Below, in pieces: positions 10,191-19,818 of a stretch of 64,000 bases of DNA. The DNA comes from a virus. A program made the position numbers and the translations under genes. The notes under the pieces were generated by a model. That model was not told the DNA's origin, ran no database searches, and saw only the letters and a list, made by a program, of their open reading frames with translations. Position 1 is the first letter of the stretch. Every line of letters starts with the position of its first letter. The stretch is taken from UHGV virus genome UHGV-1353888, one strand, 5' to 3'.

Positions 10191-10220
10191 CCCCGTCTAG
10201 TAGGCGGGGTTTCTTTTTTG
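10191..10220 (+). terminator. rho-independent terminator
   Basis: GCCCCG ... CGGGGT stem followed by TTTCTTTTTT. Confidence 0.55.
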
Positions 10221-10265
10221 TATGACACAACACAATATTGATAGAATCTATTTCTATGGTATAAC
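10220..10265 (+). promoter_or_regulatory. promoter: GTATGACACAAC box, -35-like TTGATA (10238-10243), 16-nt spacer, -10-like TATAAC (10260-10265)
   Basis: Same architecture as eight other sites in the window. The CTATGGTATAAC block is identical to the promoter at 56775. Confidence 0.45.
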
Positions 10266-10275
10266 TCAACAAGAC

Positions 10276-11121
10276 ATGGCCATTTCAAAAGCTGAACAAC
10301 GAAAGAAAGAACGGATAGCCAAGAGCAAGGCCCGAAGGAACCGTGGCATAAAAAAACATGATGTAGACAAGAGTGACCTTCGACCCCGGAATTTTCAGGA
10401 GCTTATGTACAAGTGGCTCCCCGCTACCCTTGAATTTAATTACAGGGGAGAAGACTTTGATGTATATGATTACTACGCCGCAGGAACAAGCGGAGGTGGA
10501 CAGAACCACCTTGCTATCGGTTCTACAAATGGGGCATTAGAAATCATTGGGTACACCAAGTTCCCAAGTACCCCCTATGCAGTAAGATGTGTATGTGGTC
10601 GAGTAATGAAGCTGAATATTAAGGACTTCAACGAACACCCCCACTGTGGGTGTTTTTTCCGTGCTGTCCGAACAGCCTACCTGATTCGCACCCGCATTGA
10701 AGCAGTTCGCTCCTGGCTGAATAATGTGGGAGACTGGTTACTTGACCTTGAAGTTATCGAGGATTATATGGTAGACTTCATTGATAAGTCCCGAGGTCTG
10801 GACCAAAGGAAAACCCCCTATGTGAGAAAGTCCCCCGCTGAACCATTCATCAATTTACTTCACGGGAAAACTGACCCAATGCCGCAGGAATTTCTTGATT
10901 TCTTCCTGCTCATTTCTACGACGAAAAGCTATAAAAAGCTCCTTACAGAACTCGTTGATAAGAACAGCGAATACCCTTTGTGGGAAGCTATTCCTCTTAG
11001 CGACATGTCCGAGTATGAGAGGGTGAGCAATTCCCTCCCGGAGTTTGATGCGGCAACCTTTATTAATCTTATCCACCATCTCAATGAAACAGAAGCTTCC
11101 AAGTTTACGGAGGGTAGTTAA
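10276..11121 (+). CDS. hypothetical protein with a basic N-terminus and a Cys/His cluster (CVCGRVMK...HPHCGC)
   Basis: The track ORF starts at 10222, inside the promoter box. The ATG at 10276 sits 10 nt after the -10, so 10276 is the preferred start. Confidence 0.55.
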   Translation: MAISKAEQRKKERIAKSKARRNRGIKKHDVDKSDLRPRNFQELMYKWLPATLEFNYRGEDFDVYDYYAAGTSGGGQNHLAIGSTNGALEIIGYTKFPSTPYAVRCVCGRVMKLNIKDFNEHPHCGCFFRAVRTAYLIRTRIEAVRSWLNNVGDWLLDLEVIEDYMVDFIDKSRGLDQRKTPYVRKSPAEPFINLLHGKTDPMPQEFLDFFLLISTTKSYKKLLTELVDKNSEYPLWEAIPLSDMSEYERVSNSLPEFDAATFINLIHHLNETEASKFTEGS

Positions 11122-11188
11122 CTCCGATAAGACTTCCAAGAACAAAGACCTTACAGCCAATGGGTGGAGAACCAAGACTGGAAAGTGT

Positions 11189-11620
11189 ATGGATGCCGGA
11201 ACATGGGGAGATGCCTATAGATTCCAGAAGGTCTTCTTTACCTTCGTAAAATCCAATCAGAAGATGCAACCTCTTCTAGGTGAGAGTGCTCCACATTACA
11301 GTCCGTATTCCCCTACGTGTCCCGTCACCATAGCTCGTGGAACGAAGGTCGAGGTAGTTGATGCTTTTCGAATAAATATTTTCAGTAGTGAACGGAACCA
11401 TCCTCCGTTTGAATTAAAACCCAATAACCTAACCACCAACCAATTCTTTCCCCTGCTTTACCACCCCTTCATTGAGGCCCAGCTTTATTATAGTTGGTAT
11501 CCTATGATGCGCTTAATGTGTCAAGATAGAGCATTTTTATTGACACCACTGGGGTGTGTAACGTATGGTAAGAACCAACCAACTACGGTTAACACAGAAC
11601 AACGTAATCAAATTATCTAA
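11189..11620 (+). CDS. hypothetical protein
   Basis: Track ORF 11045-11620 overlaps the upstream gene by 77 nt. An internal ATG at 11189 is more plausible. Its TAA overlaps the next ATG (TAATG). Confidence 0.35.
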   Translation: MDAGTWGDAYRFQKVFFTFVKSNQKMQPLLGESAPHYSPYSPTCPVTIARGTKVEVVDAFRINIFSSERNHPPFELKPNNLTTNQFFPLLYHPFIEAQLYYSWYPMMRLMCQDRAFLLTPLGCVTYGKNQPTTVNTEQRNQII

Positions 11621-12570
11621 TGTCTACGACACTAATCATCCCCTGCGAACCGAGAGTAGTAGCTAATGCTGATGCCATTATCCAGTCTATTCTGGATTCC
11701 CACGAAGAAGAACAGTTGAAGAGGCACAACCTCGTTATCATTTCTCCATATCTTGGTGAATACAAAGCAGAGAAGTTCCTGGAAGAACTTACTCCTGTGT
11801 TCGGCAATACCTACCATCATGTTCTTAAGACCCCCTGCGCTGAACCCTTCGGCTTTATCAATGCCGCCTTCTCCGATACCCTCGCCTATCTTGACCTCAA
11901 TTATTCCAAGGATTCTATCTCCCCTGTTATTTGGTATGACGAGAAAGGCCAGGACCGTTTTCAGAAAGATGCGCTCGACATCATCGAAGCGGTCTACTAC
12001 AAGAAGAGTTCTTTCCAGCTTTACGGACCCGAAAATAAGACCATCGCAAAGAAGGGCACTCCCGGTACAATGTCCGCGGGAACCCCTGAGAAAAAGTTCC
12101 CGGACCATTCATTTGTGTTCAGTTCCGACTTTATCAGCCGTTACCCTCACACCGCCCCATATGTCCGCTCCTTGTCAAGCAACTCCCACTTTAGGCCCTT
12201 CCTCGCCGAAGCCTTGATTAATGACAAGTCTGAAAAACTGAACTCCTGGGACTCTATTTTCCAGGTAGATGCGAATCCTGCGGTTCCGGAAGAAGTTACC
12301 GTAAGTTCTGTTCAGGTTGCCTCAACCCCGTCTAATACTCCTGTAGCCAACTTCTCCCGAACCAACCCCCCTGTTGTTTCCGGAGCCTCCCCCATCCCCG
12401 TTAACGAGCCTATGACCAGCACCATACCCGAAGGAAAGGCAGACGAACTCCGTTCATTCCTGCTTGGTAAAGGACAGACCTCCGATACTGAGAAACAGGA
12501 ATCTCCCGACCCCAAAACCAGCGGTAAAAAAAAGAAGGCTACTGGGGAAGATAAGGAATCCTCAATTTAA
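11620..12570 (+). CDS. hypothetical protein with a Pro/Ser/Thr-rich, lysine-rich C-terminus
   Basis: 316-aa ATG ORF. Low-complexity tail SGKKKKATGEDKESSI. Confidence 0.6.
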   Translation: MSTTLIIPCEPRVVANADAIIQSILDSHEEEQLKRHNLVIISPYLGEYKAEKFLEELTPVFGNTYHHVLKTPCAEPFGFINAAFSDTLAYLDLNYSKDSISPVIWYDEKGQDRFQKDALDIIEAVYYKKSSFQLYGPENKTIAKKGTPGTMSAGTPEKKFPDHSFVFSSDFISRYPHTAPYVRSLSSNSHFRPFLAEALINDKSEKLNSWDSIFQVDANPAVPEEVTVSSVQVASTPSNTPVANFSRTNPPVVSGASPIPVNEPMTSTIPEGKADELRSFLLGKGQTSDTEKQESPDPKTSGKKKKATGEDKESSI

Positions 12571-12579
12571 TAAACCCTG

Positions 12580-14865
12580 ATGCAATACTCCACGTCTCCC
12601 GATAATCCCAGTTATGGGACAGCCATGGTCTCTGTAATTGACCAGCAAGGAAACTTCCTAAAGCTTCGTGTTCCTAATGCTGTGATTGCACGAGGATTAT
12701 ACATGAATGCGTTGAGAGCCGATTTGGAGTCCCGGAGCAACCGCAACACCGCCCAGGAAGAACTGGACGGTGTTGCCCCCTTCGACGATGCCACTCTACA
12801 GGCATTAGGACAGTCTAACCGTACCAACAATAACTTTAGGTACATGAGGCTATTCCACAGTAAGGTAATGGCGGCTCTGAACGACACCATTGAATCGACT
12901 CCCTATCTTCTCTCCGTGAGAACGAAGGCTGGAAACAAGCAAGCCCAGGTAAGATATTCCGAGAGGCTTTCCTTCCACCTTACCAAACTCATTAGGAACA
13001 TGGAAGGATACCATAGCATCATGAACTACCTGCTTCACAATTTCGCGTATCACGGGTTTGCCGCCGCTTACTTCGATGATAAGGATACGTGGTATTGGAA
13101 TGCGGGGGGACTTGATGACTTCGCTTTTGAACGAAAGACTAAGCCAGACCCCAAGACGATTGAAATCGTTTTTGCCAGCCGGACCCTTCGGGTTCACGAA
13201 CTCTTGGATTTTATCCGAGATAAAGAAACGGCCAAGATGGCAGGGTGGAATCCGGAAGTAGTCGAACAGGTTTGCAAGACAGCCTCTTATTCTCTTCCGA
13301 ACTATCTCAAGAGTGAAACAACTATTGAGACAATGGAGAAGAATGGAGACCTTACTATGGCTGACATGACTGGGACGAGCATTCCCATTGTTCACGCATG
13401 GATTAAGGAATTTGATGGAACTGTTACCCATGCTGTGTTTTATGAAATGAACCAGCAAACCCCCAACTCTTCTCAAGATTCTTCTTTTGAAGTGAAGGAG
13501 GATATTGTAAATGAGTTCCTCTACATGAAAGAGAAGGCATATGACAGCATGGAACAGGCATTCGTTATGTTCCCCTATGGGACCAGCACGAACGGGTTTA
13601 TTCACAGCCTCCGAGGATTTGGTAATGACATTCTCCCTCAGACTAAGGTAGCTAACAAGCTGACCTGCGTAGGTGTGGATGCCGCTATGCAGAACCTTTC
13701 CATCACTCTCCAAGCAACCAATGAAGCCGCAAGGCTGGATGCCGCGGTGAACCCTATTGGGAACTACACCATCATTGATGGCAACTTTCAAATATCCAAC
13801 TCCGCCAATGTAGATATTCCCAAAGGTATGGGCGGAATCATGGACATGATGCAGTCCTCCATCCGGGATTATCTCGGTGAGATTGACACCCAGGCCGATG
13901 GAAGTATGGGTAAGACCCAGTTTGAAACAGAAGTCATGTTGGGTAACGCTACCCGCCTTGCTCACCGGGTTCAAGCTCGCTTGATGGAGTGCCTCACTAA
14001 ATTGTTCCGCGAGATTGTGAGACGAGTAATTTCCCCCGAACTTGACGAGCACGTAAAAGGATATGAAGAAGTCAAGGCTATGATTGAAGACCTGGACTAC
14101 GAAGGGGTCCCCATCGAAGCTCTACGTGCCATTGACCCGCGGTACACCATTGCTACTCCTGCCATTGGGGATGGTTCCCCTGTACGACGAAAGCTGATGT
14201 TGAATGACATGTTCAAATACATGCAGTTTCTTCCCAAGTCTGGTCAGGACAACCTCATGCGAATGATAACGGTTGAGAACATGACTCCCTTCCTGGGCGA
14301 CCTAGTTTATCCTGAACCCGGTTCTGAGTTTGGTCAACCGAACGTCGAGGCTATTGCCGCCATGCAGAACAATCAAATGATTCAAGGGATGGAAGTTCCC
14401 GTATTACCCAACGAAGACCACAGGGTACACGCGGATGTTCACGCCAACGAAATCCTTGTACTCATTCCTGAACAGGAACTTACCAAGGAACAGATGGCGG
14501 AACTCGCCCCCACTCTTGAAATCCTCGCATCACACTTGCAGGAACATATGCAGTATCTTGCTGTGAAGAAGGAAATCATTCCTGAATACGCACAGTATGA
14601 AAGGCTTCTGCGTAGATGTAATGAAATCATTACTAACGGAATGCGAGCCTTAGAAGCTATGGAGCGGGATGAAGGGGGTGCCCCAGGTGAACAACAGCCG
14701 GGTGAACCTACCGAAGACCAGATTGCCATGATGAAAGCACAAGCCGAAGAAGAAAGAAAGAATGCGGCTTTTCAGGCAGAACAGGGTAGACTCGACAGGG
14801 AATCTACAGCGGAGATAGCTCGAAAGAGCGCGGAAGCGGCAGAAAAAATTATCTCTGGACTATAA
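12580..14865 (+). CDS. probable portal protein
   Basis: 761 aa. Position between terminase and the scaffold/capsid pair. A long antisense ORF artefact indicates strong codon bias. Confidence 0.55.
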   Translation: MQYSTSPDNPSYGTAMVSVIDQQGNFLKLRVPNAVIARGLYMNALRADLESRSNRNTAQEELDGVAPFDDATLQALGQSNRTNNNFRYMRLFHSKVMAALNDTIESTPYLLSVRTKAGNKQAQVRYSERLSFHLTKLIRNMEGYHSIMNYLLHNFAYHGFAAAYFDDKDTWYWNAGGLDDFAFERKTKPDPKTIEIVFASRTLRVHELLDFIRDKETAKMAGWNPEVVEQVCKTASYSLPNYLKSETTIETMEKNGDLTMADMTGTSIPIVHAWIKEFDGTVTHAVFYEMNQQTPNSSQDSSFEVKEDIVNEFLYMKEKAYDSMEQAFVMFPYGTSTNGFIHSLRGFGNDILPQTKVANKLTCVGVDAAMQNLSITLQATNEAARLDAAVNPIGNYTIIDGNFQISNSANVDIPKGMGGIMDMMQSSIRDYLGEIDTQADGSMGKTQFETEVMLGNATRLAHRVQARLMECLTKLFREIVRRVISPELDEHVKGYEEVKAMIEDLDYEGVPIEALRAIDPRYTIATPAIGDGSPVRRKLMLNDMFKYMQFLPKSGQDNLMRMITVENMTPFLGDLVYPEPGSEFGQPNVEAIAAMQNNQMIQGMEVPVLPNEDHRVHADVHANEILVLIPEQELTKEQMAELAPTLEILASHLQEHMQYLAVKKEIIPEYAQYERLLRRCNEIITNGMRALEAMERDEGGAPGEQQPGEPTEDQIAMMKAQAEEERKNAAFQAEQGRLDRESTAEIARKSAEAAEKIISGL

Positions 14866-14868
14866 TAA

Positions 14869-15192
14869 ATGAGAAGACCATTAGAAAGAAAAGAAGACTT
14901 CCGTAGAGACGAGGTGAAGGTCAATGAATTACATCGACTTTTACAGAGCCCCGTCATGAGAGAAGCCATCGACCTAATCCATGATTTGGCCTGCCCCACT
15001 ACGGTGGCAGGTTCCATGGAAGTAGCGGCACTCCAAGGAAGTTATTATGCAGGATGCAATTTTGCAATAAATACCTTGCTTGAGTTAACAAGTTTGGATA
15101 TGCTATCCAATACCTCAACCACCAAAACCCCTATACAAGACCCTCTCTTAGATAAGATTGAGAGGATTAGAGCATTCAATTCTAGACCTTAA
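14869..15192 (+). CDS. hypothetical protein (107 aa)
   Basis: ATG ORF between the portal and scaffold candidates. Confidence 0.5.
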   Translation: MRRPLERKEDFRRDEVKVNELHRLLQSPVMREAIDLIHDLACPTTVAGSMEVAALQGSYYAGCNFAINTLLELTSLDMLSNTSTTKTPIQDPLLDKIERIRAFNSRP

Positions 15193-15197
15193 TTCAC

Positions 15198-16358
15198 ATG
15201 AGCGACGTAGTAATCATTCCCTCCAACGAAGTACCTATCCCCACCAATGGTGGAAGCGATAACCTCCTCTCCAACCTGATGGAACAGGCCGCAGGGACCG
15301 TGGTATCAGACCCCACGCCTTCACCTCAGTCAACTCCAGCCCCAGCTCCGGCCCCACAGGATTCTCCAGAACCAGCTCCTGTTGAAACTATTGAGGACAA
15401 CACTCTTCCCGAAGACGAAGAGAATCCTTCCCCTGAAAACGAACCAACGGAACCTAAGGTAGAAGAGGATAAGCCTCGTGGACAACATCAGAGTGCCGCG
15501 GCGGGGAAAAGGTTCGCTGAGATGCGTGTTCAACTTCGTGAGCAGACGAAGACCATATCTGAACTGACATCCAAGCTCGAAGCACTTAAAGAGAACCCCC
15601 CTGCTTCCGAAGACGTAACTAATCTGAAAAAGGAAGTAGAAACCTACAAGGGGGTCCTCAATGCGTTTGCCTATCAAACTTCGGACCAGTATAAAACCGA
15701 AGTGTCCCAACCGTTCGAAAAAGCCTCAACGGCTATATCGTCCCTTGCCCCCTCAGTCACCCAGGATGCCTTGAATGAGGTAGCCCTGAATGGGGACCTG
15801 GATGACTTTGACCGGGAGAATGCCTATGAAGAGATTGCTACCGAAGCGGGCTTACAGGCCAATGAGATTAGCAAGTTCGTCAGGCTCGCCAAGGTACGTG
15901 ATGCCGCTATCGCTAAGGCTACCGAGTTCAAAGAGAAAGCTGATACCTTCCGTGAGAAATTCCTTTCCGAGATTAAGGGAGACGGAAAGTACGAAGTGGA
16001 CTTAACGAACTATACGAACGATGCGTTCAAAGCGGAAGCTGAAAGCTTTGGTCTCAAACTGGACGACGAGGGTTTGTCAGAAATCGTGAAACAAGGTAGG
16101 CACCTTGCTCATAAAATTGACAACGCTTCCTTTATGAAAGCGGCCATCCTTCCGAAGGTTGTGGACGCATTGGAAGATGCCCGTTCAGAGATTGCAGAAC
16201 TCAACAAAAAGATTGCAAAGCTCAGAGCATCAAATCCTTCTGCTACAAAGGGGGTCTCCTCTAATACGGCCCCTGCTCCAGCGAAGGCACCTGAGAGCAA
16301 GAGTCCTAGAAGTGTTGAAGACCTATTTGGTGAAGCAATGAAAATGTCGGGGTTTTAA
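15198..16358 (+). CDS. scaffolding protein candidate
   Basis: Pro/Glu-rich N-terminus, coiled-coil core, directly upstream of the capsid gene, followed by a strong terminator. Confidence 0.5.
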   Translation: MSDVVIIPSNEVPIPTNGGSDNLLSNLMEQAAGTVVSDPTPSPQSTPAPAPAPQDSPEPAPVETIEDNTLPEDEENPSPENEPTEPKVEEDKPRGQHQSAAAGKRFAEMRVQLREQTKTISELTSKLEALKENPPASEDVTNLKKEVETYKGVLNAFAYQTSDQYKTEVSQPFEKASTAISSLAPSVTQDALNEVALNGDLDDFDRENAYEEIATEAGLQANEISKFVRLAKVRDAAIAKATEFKEKADTFREKFLSEIKGDGKYEVDLTNYTNDAFKAEAESFGLKLDDEGLSEIVKQGRHLAHKIDNASFMKAAILPKVVDALEDARSEIAELNKKIAKLRASNPSATKGVSSNTAPAPAKAPESKSPRSVEDLFGEAMKMSGF

Positions 16359-16390
16359 AATAGCTTGACATAATCAACCTAAAAAGTGTA

Positions 16391-16431
16391 AAGAAGGTAC
16401 ATCAATTAACGATGTACCTTCTTTTGCTTTT
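16391..16431 (+). terminator. rho-independent terminator: 13-bp perfect stem AAGAAGGTACATC/GATGTACCTTCTT, 7-nt loop, TTGCTTTTC tail
   Basis: Read directly from the sequence. Confidence 0.7.
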
Positions 16432-16568
16432 CATCGTTGGCAAAACTTTTATCTAGTAGGAGCACCCGGTTTCCCTACGGCCACCAGACAGACAACATTA
16501 AGTAGTTAAATCTACCCTGGCCTTGACAAAGCCAGACAAAACAAACCTTATTTTTTCTATCTATTTTT

Positions 16569-17843
16569 ATGGCTACTCCTACTAACCCCTCCGAAATCGC
16601 CGCAGGGGATACCATCATGGTAAATATGAGCAACCTCCTGAAAAAGGAGATGTTCAAAACTCAAGTCCGTATTTCTCCCTGGAACAGTCAGATGGTCCAG
16701 CAGATTGCGTGGGAAGACGGCGTGGGTGATACGGGCCGAGTCAACGTGTTCGGTGCGTCCTTCCTCCCGGCTCAGTGGAATCCGGTAACTCTCCAGTCCA
16801 CCTCCTACGACCCTGGTCTCCAGGTGAACGAAGTTGGTTCTACGGAATACTCCTTCTCCCGCGACATCACGATGCTGGCCTCTCAGAAGATTGACGTGAC
16901 TCGTCTCCGTCAGTCCTGGCAAGCTCGTCAACAGGCTGTTGCCATCGCGGAAGGTCTTGCCTCCATGGTGGGTTACAACTGGTCTGTGCGTTACCGCGAC
17001 AACTATTCCTCCTGCGCTACCTACAAGCTGGTGCTGACCGCTAACGGCATTGTTGGCCTGGACGCTATTACGTCCGATATTACCTCCTTCCCGGAAGTCC
17101 AGCCCGAAGCGGCCCTGAACTCCGCGGTCATGGACATGGTTTACAACGATGTTCTCCAATTTGAAGGCGCGTTTGAATCTGCTGATGGTATGACCAATGG
17201 TGCTCCGGTGTTCACGGTTATGGCCTCTCGTAACACGATTGACTTCATTACCCGTGGCTCCGACGTTTCCCATAACGACTGGCGATGGGCTGAGGCAACC
17301 TACGGCGAAAAGTCCTTCCTCATGAACCAGCTTGGTGCAAAGAAGGCTTACAAGAACTTCATGTATGTTCTTGACTCTCTCGCCCCGCGTTACACCTTTG
17401 ATGCCACGAAGCCCGCTGGCCAGAAGTGGATTCGCGTTGAACCCTATATCCTGGTCCCCACCACGAACGGCACCCGTGCTATTCAGAACCCGGCTTACCG
17501 TGACGCTCCCTTCGAAGACACCATCGTGTTCGTGAAGGACGTGTTCAAGTCCATGGTGGTCAACCCGTACACGGGCGATGACCGAGCCACGTTCAATCCG
17601 CAGACCTTCTCCGGTGAACTGGAATGGGTAAACAACCGAGACATGGATAAGAACTACCTTGGCACTCAGGGCCTGTTCATTGCTTCCCTGTCCAATGGTG
17701 TGATGCCCGTCAAGCCCCGTCATGGCGTTGTGATTCGTCACGTTCGCGCCCTGGCTAACGCTGAACTGGTGGACGCTAACGGCAATCCGATTGGCTCCCT
17801 GGCTTCCACGCCCGCTGTTGCTCTGACCGCTAACGGCCTGTAA
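16569..17843 (+). CDS. probable major capsid protein
   Basis: 424 aa. Follows the scaffold candidate. Extreme codon bias produces a 436-aa antisense shadow ORF. A TTGACA-containing untranslated region lies upstream. Confidence 0.6.
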   Translation: MATPTNPSEIAAGDTIMVNMSNLLKKEMFKTQVRISPWNSQMVQQIAWEDGVGDTGRVNVFGASFLPAQWNPVTLQSTSYDPGLQVNEVGSTEYSFSRDITMLASQKIDVTRLRQSWQARQQAVAIAEGLASMVGYNWSVRYRDNYSSCATYKLVLTANGIVGLDAITSDITSFPEVQPEAALNSAVMDMVYNDVLQFEGAFESADGMTNGAPVFTVMASRNTIDFITRGSDVSHNDWRWAEATYGEKSFLMNQLGAKKAYKNFMYVLDSLAPRYTFDATKPAGQKWIRVEPYILVPTTNGTRAIQNPAYRDAPFEDTIVFVKDVFKSMVVNPYTGDDRATFNPQTFSGELEWVNNRDMDKNYLGTQGLFIASLSNGVMPVKPRHGVVIRHVRALANAELVDANGNPIGSLASTPAVALTANGL

Positions 17844-17903
17844 TCTAACCGGGGGTAGGGAATACACTTAGTATCCCTACCCCCATTCTCTTTTAAGAAC
17901 ACA

Positions 17904-18170
17904 ATGAAGATTCCTTTTAATGTAGACAGCTTCCCGGATGCAAAGCCGGGTGACATCGTTGACCTCGTAGCCTCTGGTGTTGTGAGCGACGACGGGAAGG
18001 TCATCAAGATTACCTCCATTGAAGATACGGAGATTGACGAGGATGACGATGAAGAAGATGACGAGGAAGGCAAGGGCAAAGAAACCGAAGAAGTAACGGA
18101 AGAAACCGAAACGACTGGCTCCCCTGCTGACCTCTCTATGGCTATGGAACAATTCGCAAAACAGGCTTAA
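17904..18170 (+). CDS. highly acidic small protein (88 aa)
   Basis: EIDEDDDEEDDEEGKGKETEEVTEETETTG. Confidence 0.5.
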   Translation: MKIPFNVDSFPDAKPGDIVDLVASGVVSDDGKVIKITSIEDTEIDEDDDEEDDEEGKGKETEEVTEETETTGSPADLSMAMEQFAKQA

Positions 18171-18174
18171 CACC

Positions 18175-18783
18175 ATGTCAAATCAAGTTGTACCCCCTTA
18201 TCCCAGTGAAGTAACAACCGTTACTCTCGCTCAAGCTCAGGCTGGAATTCAGATTGCGGTTAATCAACCTGTTTCTATTACCGGGTTGACCGCCAATACC
18301 CGGTATCGAGTCACCTGTATTACCGACAAACACAGTACTATCAAAGTAGCTACCGATGGGTCCACTGTAGCCGATGGACAGATTAGCGGCATTCCCGCTT
18401 ACATTTCTCCCGCCGCAACTACGGCCACCATTACTGTAACCACGTTCGCTACTACGGTCGCCACGTTAACGGTGGAAGCCGCTCCTATTGCCGCCCCAAC
18501 AGACGTAACCCTCCCCTCCCTTCTTACCCCCAATGTAAGGTATAAAGTCACTGGTGCCCCCGGTGCCAACGTTCCTTTCATACTTTCTTTGAAGGCACCC
18601 ACCATTGTCTCCCTTTTTGTGTCATACCTTTCCTCTGATGGGAGTGTGGTATTCAGGGATGTTGTCATTGGTATGAATGAGTTACGAAATTTAACGAACC
18701 TCGGCAAGGGGGACATCCTCCTCTATGTTGATGGAGACAGTCAGGCCGAAGTGAATTTTTCCTTTACACCTGCCGCTCCGTAA
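18175..18783 (+). CDS. Thr/Ala-rich structural protein with two Ig/FN3-like repeats
   Basis: ITGLTANTRYRVT and LLTPNVRYKVT repeats. Paralogous to the next gene. Confidence 0.5.
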   Translation: MSNQVVPPYPSEVTTVTLAQAQAGIQIAVNQPVSITGLTANTRYRVTCITDKHSTIKVATDGSTVADGQISGIPAYISPAATTATITVTTFATTVATLTVEAAPIAAPTDVTLPSLLTPNVRYKVTGAPGANVPFILSLKAPTIVSLFVSYLSSDGSVVFRDVVIGMNELRNLTNLGKGDILLYVDGDSQAEVNFSFTPAAP

Positions 18784-18814
18784 TATACTATAACATCAAT
18801 TCTTTTACTGAAAA

Positions 18815-19762
18815 ATGACTGCCATTCCTATTCCAGCTACTGACGTTACCCTCCAGGCGGGGGTAACGTATCAGCTTACAGGTCTTACGGCCTCCACAAA
18901 GTACACCCTAACAGTATCTTCGGACAAGTTCTGCGAAGTCCTGGTAACTACCGACGTTAACGAGAATCCTACCGTTCTTGCTCAGGGCCAGCTCTACAAC
19001 GCTCCGTTTACTTTCACCGAACCTGCGGCTCAGACAACCGCTCGTATCACGGTATATGCCCCCACTGGTGCCAACCTGAAACTTACGGGCGCGGCCACCC
19101 CGGCAACTCCCGCCGCAGTTGAGCTGGTTTCCCCCGCTCTCCCTAATACGGCTTACAAGAAGACGGGACTCACCGTAGGTAAAACCTACGTCGTACAGAT
19201 TAGCGGGAACACCCCTAGCTGTGTTGGTCTTGGTTGGGAGGGAGGTACGGAACTCGAACCGCTCATTGCTACCAATGGCAAGGCTATTATTGTGGCCGAA
19301 GCTACCCAGCTAAATCTTTGGCTGGACAGTGCGGAATCTGCCACCATTACTGTAACGGAAGCCACGTCTCTTCCCCCGTGTTATATCCCAACCGTAACCG
19401 TTGATTTAGCTGAGGCCACCAAGGTAGTATCCCTGCCCGCTGGCTCCCCTGCTGGATTATACAGGGTGGATATTTCTGTGGATGATAAATCCGCAACGGC
19501 TCATGACTCCACCATTACCGCAACTCCTACAAATTCTATCTTATTGAATTCTGTATTGGGCTATGCTGACGCAGGGGACTACATGGCTCCTTCCACTCTT
19601 GCCGCTGGAGTAATTTCTGGAGTGAGCGACATGAAGGGTAGCCTCGTTATTACCTCTCCGTATCAAGCCCAGGCAACTACGGTACTCACCTATAAGCCTG
19701 CAACGGGTGCAACAGGTTGGAGTGGCAAGGCGGTTCTCTCGTACCTCGGTCCGATTTCCTAA
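18815..19762 (+). CDS. Thr/Ala-rich structural protein, paralogue of 18175-18783
   Basis: LTGLTASTKYTLT and ALPNTAYKKT repeats. Confidence 0.55.
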   Translation: MTAIPIPATDVTLQAGVTYQLTGLTASTKYTLTVSSDKFCEVLVTTDVNENPTVLAQGQLYNAPFTFTEPAAQTTARITVYAPTGANLKLTGAATPATPAAVELVSPALPNTAYKKTGLTVGKTYVVQISGNTPSCVGLGWEGGTELEPLIATNGKAIIVAEATQLNLWLDSAESATITVTEATSLPPCYIPTVTVDLAEATKVVSLPAGSPAGLYRVDISVDDKSATAHDSTITATPTNSILLNSVLGYADAGDYMAPSTLAAGVISGVSDMKGSLVITSPYQAQATTVLTYKPATGATGWSGKAVLSYLGPIS

Positions 19763-19818
19763 AACAAAAAAAAGGGTAGGAGCTAACCCCTCCTACCCTA
19801 AACCTTTCTCAAAAATCT

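Noticed and set aside
12850-14052. 400-aa minus-strand ORF inside the portal gene. Other long antisense ORFs at 638-1345, 31415-32575, 35826-37004, 37377-38216, 38382-39479, 41022-42119 and 43839-44774
   Set aside because: All lie opposite long, biased plus-strand genes in an otherwise tightly packed co-directional operon. There are no promoters or conserved leaders in front of them.
16557-17867. 436-aa minus-strand ORF covering the whole capsid gene
   Set aside because: It is antisense to a strongly codon-biased gene. The sense strand shows Gly, Val, Thr and Pro at third-position C/G that remove antisense stops. No start context. A typical shadow ORF.
18614-18634. Exact CTTTTTGTGTCATACC match to the promoter box inside the structural gene 18175-18783, in antisense orientation
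   Set aside because: It lies in coding sequence (LFVSYLSS), and no -35/-10 pair follows on the minus strand at the expected spacing. It is possibly a weak antisense promoter, but more likely a codon-driven coincidence. Not called.
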